Virus record (IMG/VR): IMGVR_UViG_3300032007_000015
DNA length: 64,000 nt
From: a virus
Taxonomy: Duplodnaviria; Caudoviricetes
Direction: 5' to 3' (one strand)
Position numbers and translations under genes: made by a program. Shown piece by piece: positions 1 through 8,356 of the stretch (positions are counted from its first letter, which is position 1; each line of letters begins with the position of its first letter). The notes under the pieces were generated by a model. It did no database searches and had not been told where the DNA came from. It was given only the letters and a program-made list of their open reading frames with translations.

Positions 1-744
1 TTTAAATTTATTTCTAAATCCAGAATATATAATTGCTTTAAATGCATTTGAAACAAATACAGGATTATTTTTAAATACACCGCAACCAAAAGCTCCAAGT
101 ATAATAGTGTCTTTATTCATATCTGATGCAGCTTTTAATATTCCATATATTCGTTTTAACATTGCATCATTAAATTCTTCATCTAACATATTTAAATAAT
201 CATTTTCATAATTATTAAAATCTAATACTAATTTATTTGGTGCAGCACAAGTAATAACGTCTGCAAATTTAACATTAAAACCATCTGCAAATAATATATC
301 TTTTGAATATATCAATCTATTTGAATACATTCCATAATTAAGGCTCTTTAAATTCTTTTTATAATATTCATTAGTAAAATGACATAATACATTATAAAGT
401 ATACTGTGATGACATAAGTATTCTTCTTGTGCCATTGAACCCTGAAGAAATTTACCACCAGGATTTTTATATGATGCAAAATTTAATACACAAATATTAT
501 CACTCTCAGATGAAAATAATGCAGTAACAGTATCTGTAGGTAATACTTTAATATTTTCAGATAATAATGAAATTTCTTTATTTTGATATATTATATCCTT
601 TGCTTCACGAATGATATTCTCATCAATTGCATCATTTATTATTCTAGAACTCTCTACAGATTTTTCAATATATTCACTATAAACTGATTTGCAATGATTA
701 TACCAATTCCAAGCATTTAAACTTCTATTTTTTCTTGTTGACAT
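1..744 (-). CDS. TIGR02452/DUF2263 microbial PARG-like macrodomain protein (runs off the window start; not in ORF track)
   Basis: Manual translation from ATG 744 (RBS GGAGG): MSTRKNRSLNAW...VLNFASYKNPGGKFLQGSMAQEEYLC...ITCAAPN...ILGAFGCGVFKNNP; NFA..PGG...AQEE and GAFGCGVF are family signatures. Confidence 0.88.
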   Translation of the reverse strand, partial: MSTRKNRSLNAWNWYNHCKSVYSEYIEKSVESSRIINDAIDENIIREAKDIIYQNKEISLLSENIKVLPTDTVTALFSSESDNICVLNFASYKNPGGKFLQGSMAQEEYLCHHSILYNVLCHFTNEYYKKNLKSLNYGMYSNRLIYSKDILFADGFNVKFADVITCAAPNKLVLDFNNYENDYLNMLDEEFNDAMLKRIYGILKAASDMNKDTIILGAFGCGVFKNNPVFVSNAFKAIIYSGFRNKFK

Positions 745-763
745 TAGTTTTCCTCCTATAACT

Positions 764-859
764 TTATTTTTTCTTTTTCTTCTTCTTTTTAATTAGTGAT
801 GTAATGTAGTTTAGAAATTCAATAATATCAAAAGATTCATAATTAAATTTCTTTTTCAT
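764..859 (-). CDS. 31-aa basic peptide MKKKFNYESFDIIEFLNYITSLIKKKRKRKK
   Basis: Strong RBS GAAAGGAG upstream of ATG 859; lies between an early-type promoter motif (945-959) and the macrodomain gene. Confidence 0.55.
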   Translation of the reverse strand: MKKKFNYESFDIIEFLNYITSLIKKKKKKKK

Positions 860-892
860 ATAGTAATCTCCTTTCTATAATTTTGATAAAAG

Positions 893-924
893 AGATAGAT
901 ATACTTAAATAAGTATATCTATCT
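893..924. terminator. Inverted repeat / probable intrinsic terminator
   Basis: 15-bp arms AGATAGATATACTTA/TAAGTATATCTATCT. Confidence 0.65.
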
Positions 925-944
925 TAAAATATTTTTATTTATAT

Positions 945-959
945 CATATAAATAATATA
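945..959 (-). promoter_or_regulatory. Putative early promoter TATATTAT-N5-TG
   Basis: Minus strand reads TATATTAT TTATA TG; same spacing recurs at 1303, 3819, 9712, 44366, 45563. Confidence 0.55.
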
Positions 960-1232
960 TCAGTATTTATTATTTTTCATTTCTTGTAATATTTTTATAT
1001 ATGCTTTATTATCTGAAACTCTAATTATACTTTCTAATAAATAATTAGATATTTTCTTTTTAGGGATAATTTTTTTAGATGACATATATATTATATATTT
1101 TGCTGTATTAAAATTATTTATGTGTGTATGACCATTAGCAAATTCTTTACGCTTATTGTGAACTATGAATTCTGAATGTTTACCGCCAGTAGAATATATA
1201 ACAAAGTTATTTTTCTTAAATACTTGAACCAT
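960..1232 (-). CDS. Hypothetical phage protein (90 aa)
   Basis: ORF with RBS GAAGGGA; variant late motif GACA-N6-TA upstream. Confidence 0.75.
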   Translation of the reverse strand: MVQVFKKNNFVIYSTGGKHSEFIVHNKRKEFANGHTHINNFNTAKYIIYMSSKKIIPKKKISNYLLESIIRVSDNKAYIKILQEMKNNKY

Positions 1233-1302
1233 AATTCTATGTTCCCTTCTGTAATTTATTAATATAATGTCATAAATAATAATCGTAAACTATATATATA
1301 TT

Positions 1303-1317
1303 GATATAATATTTTTG
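1303..1317 (+). promoter_or_regulatory. Putative early promoter
   Basis: GATATAAT ATTTT TG, directly upstream of the structured leader. Confidence 0.45.
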
Positions 1318-1334
1318 TGAATAAAATAAATATA

Positions 1335-1407
1335 AAAGGTTCCGTAGTCATCCTTTAAAAAACTACGTCACTTAACTTCCATATGGCTAAGTGGGAAAGG
1401 AGTTAAT
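1335..1407 (+). ncRNA. preQ1-I-riboswitch-like pseudoknot leader with expression platform
   Basis: AAAGG(1335-39)/CCTTT(1352-56) stem, 12-nt loop TTCCGTAGTCAT, tail AAAAAACTACG; CGTAG(1343-47) pairs with CTACG(1363-67). Confidence 0.55.
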
Positions 1408-1593
1408 ATGGAAAAAATATTATTTTCAGCTGCAGCAATTGCTGCAGGAGCATTAATTAATAAATTATACAAAGATAATAAGGAGCTGAAACGTCAGCTC
1501 CTTTATAAAGGAATTGATTGTCATGCACTTGAAAAAATGTATGACAATCTAATAAGGGAGAACATGAGTCTTAGACACTCATGTTCTTTGTAA
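1408..1593 (+). CDS. Small protein with hydrophobic N-terminus and coiled-coil-like tail (61 aa)
   Basis: RBS GAAAGGAG; ILFSAAAIAAGALI segment; terminator follows immediately. Confidence 0.75.
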   Translation: MEKILFSAAAIAAGALINKLYKDNKELKRQLLYKGIDCHALEKMYDNLIRENMSLRHSCSL

Positions 1594-1638
1594 AAAATAA
1601 CGATAGAGATTCTAAAAAAATCTCTATCGTTATTTTTT
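1592..1638. terminator. Bidirectional intrinsic terminator
   Basis: 20-bp arms, A-run on the left and T-run on the right. Confidence 0.8.
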
Positions 1639-1689
1639 CTTTATCTTATTTTTTTGACATTAATTTAATAACATTAAAAAGGATGTGAA

Positions 1690-2935
1690 ATGATGAATAT
1701 TTTTGAAACTGATAAATATATTGTAACGAAAGCATTTAATGAATGGGAAAATGATAATTCCAGATTATATTCTGAAAAGAAATCAAATGAATATTTTCCT
1801 GTTTTTATTATAAGTGATTATGTCGGAACTCCTCTTGCACCTTTTATTAAAGTTGTAACTAAATCCGATGTAAATCATTCACTGATTTCATTTGATTATA
1901 AACTCAAAACAATGTTTTCATATGGAATAAGAACTATAAGTAATAAAAAGATTGGAGGATTTCAAGTAGAAGATATTTATACTAATACAAATAAAACCCC
2001 TGAGAAGAAATTATGTGTAAATGTATTATTTATACCTGAATATAAATATCATAAATTAAAATCTATGATTAAATCTTTTTTTTCTTAATAAAAGAGGTGG
2101 AGGATATTCAATATTTAGTTTATTTGATTTTATAACAAATAAAAGTAAAGAAATAGATGATGATTCATTAGTTTGTAGTACATTTGTTAATTATTGTTTA
2201 AAAGAAGTTGGTATTGATTTAACAGGTAAACCTGATAATTTAATTTCACCATCTGATTTAGCAAATTGCTATGATAACAAAAAATGTTTTAATATATATG
2301 ACGGTAATTATAAAAACTATAGTCCAAAAAGAATAAAGAATAGTTTAAATACATTATCTAAAAAGATACATAAATCTATTATATATGACACATCTTCTAT
2401 AACTGAATCTACTATAAATGATTTGCTAAAATATGATATGAATATGTTTTATAAAGAAAGTGTTAATATATCAGATTTACATATAGAGAGTGATAAAGAT
2501 TTGTTAAAATGGATGGAAACGAATATAAAATATAAAGATTTTACAAGACTAATGAGTAGTGATGATGTATATAAACTTAAAAAAGGTTCCTGTCACGACC
2601 AAGTCCATCTAGAATATGATTTATTATCTCAATTAGGATATAAACCACGTAAATTATTTTTTATAGAATATAACGATGATAGTAATATTGGTGGAAGAAC
2701 ACATACATTAGTATATTATGTAAAAGGTAATTATTTATATTGGTTTGAAAATGCTTGGTCATCACAGAAAGGAATTCATGGACCTTATAAAACAATATCT
2801 GAACTCAAAAAAGATATTATTAATATTCATGATAAAGAAGGTAGTACATATAAGAAATTAAATTTCTCAACTATTTCAGAAAATATTGAAACTGGTATAA
2901 CATTGGATGAATATGTTAAAAGATGTTTAAAGTAA
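1690..2935 (+). pseudogene. Frameshifted gene: permuted papain-like (YiiX/YaeF-type) domain fused to a transglutaminase-like domain
   Basis: ORF 1690-2088 has the His motif (KSDVNHSLISFD) and stops just after T8 (2076-2083); the +1 frame is open from 2084 (LNKRGGGYS...SLVCSTFVNYCL...ISPSDL) into ORF 2423-2935 (GSCHDQV...THT...WFE). Confidence 0.7.
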
Positions 2936-2940
2936 AAACA

Positions 2941-2983
2941 AAAATAAGATGGATAGTGGATTTTCCACTATCCATCTTATTTT
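2941..2983. terminator. Bidirectional terminator between convergent genes
   Basis: 20-bp arms AAAATAAGATGGATAGTGGA/TCCACTATCCATCTTATTTT. Confidence 0.85.
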
Positions 2984-3341
2984 ATTTAATAAGTTTATTT
3001 TCTATTAAGTCTTTAATATCTTTATTATTTTGAATTTGCTCATTTAACCATACTAAAGCATCATCAACCCATTTGCTAAATGTATCAAATGATACGTGTT
3101 TAGCAATTTTAGGAAATTGCTTTAAGAACATATCATATACTTTTCTAAGTTTAAGTTTACCTGTATTAGAGCCTAATTCAGATTCGGCATATGCAACTGC
3201 ATATTTAAGCCACTCTTCTATTTTTTCAATTTTTTTACTTTTTGGAAGTTTAATGAATTTTTCAGCATTTACAAATAGATATAATGCTCCTACTGCTACA
3301 ACTAATACACATAATAAAACTATTAATACAGTATTATTCAT
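2982..3341 (-). CDS. Holin, LL-H-like
   Basis: One N-terminal TM helix then WLKYAVAYAESELGSNTGKLKLRKVYD; ATG 3341 fits RBS AAAGGTG better than the track start at 3350. Confidence 0.7.
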   Translation of the reverse strand: MNNTVLIVLLCVLVVAVGALYLFVNAEKFIKLPKSKKIEKIEEWLKYAVAYAESELGSNTGKLKLRKVYDMFLKQFPKIAKHVSFDTFSKWVDDALVWLNEQIQNNKDIKDLIENKLIK

Positions 3342-3361
3342 AAATATCACACCTTTCTTTT

Positions 3362-3754
3362 TTATAAATCACTGTTTATGAATTCTGAAGCATCAGATTC
3401 ATTATTTATATTTTCCGAATTGCCATTGGTAGAATTGTAATTCATACCTTTACCACCAAAATCATTATATTTAAATACATTTTCTACACAAGCTTTTACA
3501 ACATTAGCACCTACAATAAGTCTAAATGTTTCATTAGTTTCTGTTATAAATGAATCTAAGTACATTAATGAACTTGTAAATTTTAATGAGTAAAATATTA
3601 TAAATGCAGAAAATATCATTTGTAAAATATATACAATCGTGAGGATGACAATAATAAGTTTAGTAAATTCCCAACTCCAAAATAATGCATTTTTGAGTTT
3701 TGAATTTCTTTTTTTATCTTTTTTAGATAATTTTTTATCTTCTTGAATATTCAT
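3362..3754 (-). CDS. Membrane protein adjacent to holin
   Basis: Hydrophobic LIIVILTIVYILQMIFSAFIIFY; ATG 3754 follows AGGAAAGGAGG; late motif at 3778-3789. Confidence 0.7.
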   Translation of the reverse strand: MNIQEDKKLSKKDKKRNSKLKNALFWSWEFTKLIIVILTIVYILQMIFSAFIIFYSLKFTSSLMYLDSFITETNETFRLIVGANVVKACVENVFKYNDFGGKGMNYNSTNGNSENINNESDASEFINSDL

Positions 3755-3777
3755 TTTAAATCCTCCTTTCCTGTAAT

Positions 3778-3789
3778 TATACAAATGTT
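3778..3789 (-). promoter_or_regulatory. Putative late promoter AACA-N6-TA
   Basis: AACA TTTGTA TA; one of 15 exact intergenic copies. Confidence 0.7.
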
Positions 3790-3831
3790 TTTTAAAATCG
3801 TGCTGTCTGTTTTAATTATATAATATTAATA

Positions 3832-4020
3832 TGTGAATGAGTAGTTATTATATTCATTCATAATACAAATATTAATTTTGTTTTACTCTGATATGTTTTT
3901 GATATATCAGAGGCATTTTCTCCTTTACATTATACTTACATTATACAATGTAATATAAAATAAAACGATTTTGTCGTTTTATAAAGACGTATTGGTTCCA
4001 TCCCCAATACGTCTTTTTTT
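3832..4020 (+). ncRNA. Candidate structured small RNA
   Basis: Early motif 3819-3833, four hairpins, no credible plus-strand ORF, terminator 3983-4016 with T7 on the plus side. Confidence 0.4.
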
Positions 4021-4021
4021 A

Positions 4022-4987
4022 TTATTTATTTATTAAACCAGATGCATAAGCATTTGCAATTTTTTTACTTGTATATTTATTAACTTTTTCAAGATTAAAT
4101 GTAGATACAATATTCCATTTAGTTAACTCTTTGACAGATTCAATAAATGCAAGTTTATTAAGTGCATCTGCATCAATACTTACTGATTCATTTGTATTAT
4201 CATCTTCAGGTGAATATTCTTTAATAACATTTTCACTTGATTCTTTTAATGTATTTAATTTATTAACCATAATTCCTTCTATTAATGATGGAGTATATTC
4301 TTTCTTTAATCCTATTCCTCTTAGATTTAAAGCTTTTTCAATAGCTCCTTCAGAAGTAATTGTAGGATCATTGTTTAATTCATCTTGAAGATTTTTCATA
4401 TCTTCATCTTCTTTTTTACTTTTTTCGATTTCTTCTCTAACCTGAGCTTTTACATTATCTTTGATAATCTCAGATATTTCTGGTAAATTCATATTTGAAG
4501 ATATTACTTTAAGTCTATCTTGAACGCTATCAGAATTAACATCGAAAGGAATTTCATTTACATTAGTATCTTTAATATTTAATTCCTTATCCTGATACTC
4601 TTCTTTTATAAGTGTATTGACAGCTTCCATTAATCTCTTAGCAGGTTCACTACCGTTTTTAATAGCTTCTTTAATATAATATTCCATACCCTTATGGCAT
4701 CTCATATTAATGAAATCATTAAATTCAGTATCTAAATCTTTACCATGAGAAATCTTATAGGAATCATCCATTGGAATTGCATCTTTGTATATTTTAGAAA
4801 ATATTGCATCTAAACATATACCTTTTGCTTTTTCTTTCTCATTTTTAATACATTTAAGTTTATAATCATCAGTCTGCTTATACTGCTCTTCTGCATTTTG
4901 ACTATTTTTTATTTTTTCAACTTCATCCATAAAGTTAATAACTTTAGATTCTCTATCATTTAAAGTTGTGTCCATATGCAAATACAC
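4022..4987 (-). CDS. Hypothetical protein, probably virion-associated (321 aa)
   Basis: Long ORF; late motif at 5010-5021. Confidence 0.7.
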   Translation of the reverse strand: MYLHMDTTLNDRESKVINFMDEVEKIKNSQNAEEQYKQTDDYKLKCIKNEKEKAKGICLDAIFSKIYKDAIPMDDSYKISHGKDLDTEFNDFINMRCHKGMEYYIKEAIKNGSEPAKRLMEAVNTLIKEEYQDKELNIKDTNVNEIPFDVNSDSVQDRLKVISSNMNLPEISEIIKDNVKAQVREEIEKSKKEDEDMKNLQDELNNDPTITSEGAIEKALNLRGIGLKKEYTPSLIEGIMVNKLNTLKESSENVIKEYSPEDDNTNESVSIDADALNKLAFIESVKELTKWNIVSTFNLEKVNKYTSKKIANAYASGLINK

Positions 4988-5032
4988 ATCCTTTCTTATA
5001 ATTTTAGTTTAATTTACTGTTTTTCATTGTTT

Positions 5033-8000
5033 TTAATTATTCTCATAAAATTCTATATTTATCTTAGCTTTATTAATCACCAATAAATCTGGTACATAAT
5101 ATCTTCTTTCTTCTTTAGTCAAATTATCTAATTTTATTGCATTATTTTTTACTGTTTGATAATCGGAAGAATAATTATTTATACCCACAAACTTAATATG
5201 GTCTACATAAGCAAATTCATTTTCAACCTTTCTCATTAAGTTAGATATAAATAAATTATTTGTTCCTTCTTTATTGATACTTTCAATGGTTGATTTTATG
5301 AATGTTCTTAATTCTGATAAAGCGTTTATTTTATCAGTACCTGTAACCAACCATACTTTGAAATTGATTGAAATATTGATAGTATCAATAATTTCAGAAT
5401 TATCACCAATAGTAAAGTTAGTACTTTTACCATAAGTATTATAGAATTTAACATCTATATTTGATGCATTTTTGAGTTTTGTTTTTTCTTCACTTAATAC
5501 ATCATAATTATCCATAAAAGCATCCATTAAATAATAAAACTGACCAATATCATCAGCAAGGGTTTCATCTGTTACAATCATATTAGTATCTTTATATGCT
5601 AATATAGAATATTTTAATACTGGTATACCATATATCATACAATCACAAGGTTGTACATCTTTTTGATACCAATCTTTATATACGATATTACTTGTTAACA
5701 TATTTAATGGTTTTATAAATGTAATAGGGTCCGATATTGATTCATATATATTTGTCCATACATATTCTTTATATGTTTCATCATATTGAGCAAATACGTT
5801 GTTTGTTGGTTTATTCTCATTAGTTCTATCTTTAAATAAAGTATATACCCTAATATCACAATCAGTAATATCAAATAATAAATCATCTGATTCTTTTATA
5901 TTGATAAAACCTTCTTTAAACATTTTTCCACAACCACCATCATCAACATTACAAATATATCTACCATATTTATCTGAATTATTCATAGAATTAATTATTG
6001 TATGACCACAATAAGGGCATCTATGAACAGTTCTAAATTTACCACTTGATGTTATAAAGTCATCAGTATAAAATGTACCTTCAAATCTTACAGTATCCGT
6101 AAGTTTATTATATTCAGTAGGAATTAATTCCATATATGCAATTTCATCTCCGTCATTTACAATTGATATTATCACTCTTAAACAATTCTCTTTAAGTTTT
6201 GATTTGTCAAATGTAGATAAATCTATTGTATTAGATAAGAATTGTGATGGGTCACTAAAATCACAAATTTTAGTAATGAAATCTCTTGTTTCTATATCTG
6301 ATGATGTTGATGGCATAAATTCAATAGAAATATTGTATTTCTTTTCAGAACTTAAATCTCTATTAACTTTTAAATTATAAGTAATAAATTGAATAAATGA
6401 ATCAGCATCATTCTGATTAATAAAATCAAGTAATGAACTTTGATTAATATATGTTAAATAATAACCAACACTATTAGGAGATTTTGTTATATTTATCATA
6501 AATGGATTTGTATATAAGAAATCATAATCTTTTGCAAAATCATCTATACTTTTACCAGTTTTTTCAGCTACGTTATATATTGTGATTCTATCATCAATAT
6601 TATTCATAGCTTTCCATTCATCATAATATACATCTGGAAAATTACCATCAGCATCAATATTATCATATAAATACAATAAATATTTTTCATAATTTTTACA
6701 TTTATCTCTATTTAATGTAAATTGGTTACTATATTTAACCCATTCTTTATATGTTGGTGTTCCTTTTTCAACAGCTCCTGATACAATTTTTTCATCAAGT
6801 TCTTCATATGATATATTTTTACTAGCATCAGCAAATACATCTTTTTTATAATATGCACCATTGTTATCATAAAAATCACCATTTGAACCTACGATATAAT
6901 AAAAATTATATCCATTATAATCAGCATTTTTTAAATACTCTTTATACTCTTCAATAAATCCATATTCATCATTTTCATTATAGATAAATTGCATATCTTT
7001 TGTGCTACCTTTTTTATAAGTAAATAGATATCCTGGATCAATTACATGCATACCTTTAGATACTTCAGTAATATTATAAATATTTGTATCTAAATTTAAT
7101 GTATTTGTAGGGAAGAAATAATCATCATTTTTAATAAACATGAATGCCGAAAATAATCTTTCAACTGCATCATCTCTTTTTTTGATAAATAATACTTCAT
7201 TGTCATATCTATATTTATAATTATTAAAATATATTTGTAAGTCTGATTCAGTTGATAAACAAGTTGCCGTTGAAAAGTTTTCAACTGTTAATGCTCTTAA
7301 TCCATCATCATCTAACGGATTTTTACCACCTTTAGAAGATGATACTGATTTTGCTGTTATAGCCCATGAATAATTATAATAATAATTATCATTATTTTTT
7401 GTTATTGTTATATCATCACCATTATAAACTTCAAAATTACCAGATTTGCCAAGAGTTGTATACATAACAATTTTTAGTTCTGAATTAAATTTTGGTTGAA
7501 AATATCCATCTTTAGTTGTAAATGATAATTCTATTGTACTATCATCTATTGCTTTATAATAACAAAATGGATTTTTTGTAGGTAATGAGTATTCTACTTT
7601 TGTTTCGAGTTTAGTATTAAAATCACTGTCTCCTGGTGCTTTATAATATACATCAAATCCAGCTAATTTATCTGAAAATCCAATTTTTACAGTTGGATAA
7701 TTTAATTTAGCATTATCTATAATGGTTTCATAATGAGTATATCTTTTATATTGTCTCATATCAACCTGTAATGCAATTAAGCCATTAGAACTTCTTCTAA
7801 CTTTAATATATGGGTCATTTATCTTAGAAATAGAATTTCTGAAGCTATTTTCTATTTTATATTTTGCACTAAATAATCTTTTATTATTTCTAACAGTAGA
7901 TTTTATTTCAATATCATAATCTAACTGAAAAGGTATATCTTCTATATAAATAGTAGTATCTTTGTCTATATAAAAATAATCAAAAGAATTTTTATGAACA

Positions 8001-8350
8001 AAGTTTTTTATTATATCTTCTTCAGATAAAACTAATAAAAAACTACATGTTGCAGCATCTGCAATTATATTAGATAACTGAAATATTGCTGCATGTGAAT
8101 ATATACTAGAAGTCATTTTAGCTCGGTTTGGAAATGCTTCTAGTAATAAAACAGACGCTGTATTGTAAACATCTTCTGTTGTTGTACCAATTAATTCAGT
8201 TACCATACCAATTTCACCAACGGTTAAGTTTGATGTTTCTTCTGAAAAGAACATTGGCATTATTTGATTTAATGTCATATCTTTTATAGAGAATATATCG
8301 GTATAATCCCTATTAACAGTAATATTTTCGTCATTCATTTTTATATTCAC
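5033..8350 (-). CDS. Baseplate wedge-like protein (1105 aa)
   Basis: N-terminal EAFPNRAKMTSSIYSHAA and SSKGGKNPLDDDGLR resemble T4 gp6/gpJ-type wedge motifs; tail-module context. Confidence 0.65.
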   Translation of the reverse strand: MNIKMNDENITVNRDYTDIFSIKDMTLNQIMPMFFSEETSNLTVGEIGMVTELIGTTTEDVYNTASVLLLEAFPNRAKMTSSIYSHAAIFQLSNIIADAATCSFLLVLSEEDIIKNFVHKNSFDYFYIDKDTTIYIEDIPFQLDYDIEIKSTVRNNKRLFSAKYKIENSFRNSISKINDPYIKVRRSSNGLIALQVDMRQYKRYTHYETIIDNAKLNYPTVKIGFSDKLAGFDVYYKAPGDSDFNTKLETKVEYSLPTKNPFCYYKAIDDSTIELSFTTKDGYFQPKFNSELKIVMYTTLGKSGNFEVYNGDDITITKNNDNYYYNYSWAITAKSVSSSKGGKNPLDDDGLRALTVENFSTATCLSTESDLQIYFNNYKYRYDNEVLFIKKRDDAVERLFSAFMFIKNDDYFFPTNTLNLDTNIYNITEVSKGMHVIDPGYLFTYKKGSTKDMQFIYNENDEYGFIEEYKEYLKNADYNGYNFYYIVGSNGDFYDNNGAYYKKDVFADASKNISYEELDEKIVSGAVEKGTPTYKEWVKYSNQFTLNRDKCKNYEKYLLYLYDNIDADGNFPDVYYDEWKAMNNIDDRITIYNVAEKTGKSIDDFAKDYDFLYTNPFMINITKSPNSVGYYLTYINQSSLLDFINQNDADSFIQFITYNLKVNRDLSSEKKYNISIEFMPSTSSDIETRDFITKICDFSDPSQFLSNTIDLSTFDKSKLKENCLRVIISIVNDGDEIAYMELIPTEYNKLTDTVRFEGTFYTDDFITSSGKFRTVHRCPYCGHTIINSMNNSDKYGRYICNVDDGGCGKMFKEGFINIKESDDLLFDITDCDIRVYTLFKDRTNENKPTNNVFAQYDETYKEYVWTNIYESISDPITFIKPLNMLTSNIVYKDWYQKDVQPCDCMIYGIPVLKYSILAYKDTNMIVTDETLADDIGQFYYLMDAFMDNYDVLSEEKTKLKNASNIDVKFYNTYGKSTNFTIGDNSEIIDTINISINFKVWLVTGTDKINALSELRTFIKSTIESINKEGTNNLFISNLMRKVENEFAYVDHIKFVGINNYSSDYQTVKNNAIKLDNLTKEERRYYVPDLLVINKAKINIEFYENN

Positions 8351-8356
8351 CTTCTT

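Noticed and set aside
3872-3916. Minus-strand 14-aa minigene MPLIYQKHIRVKQN after AAAGGAGAAA
   Set aside because: Very short SD spacing and downstream of a terminator; kept only as the alternative to the sRNA model
3991-4008. GGTTC-CATCCC as a second preQ1-like element
   Set aside because: Loop too short, no A-tract or pseudoknot partner; it is the loop of a terminator hairpin
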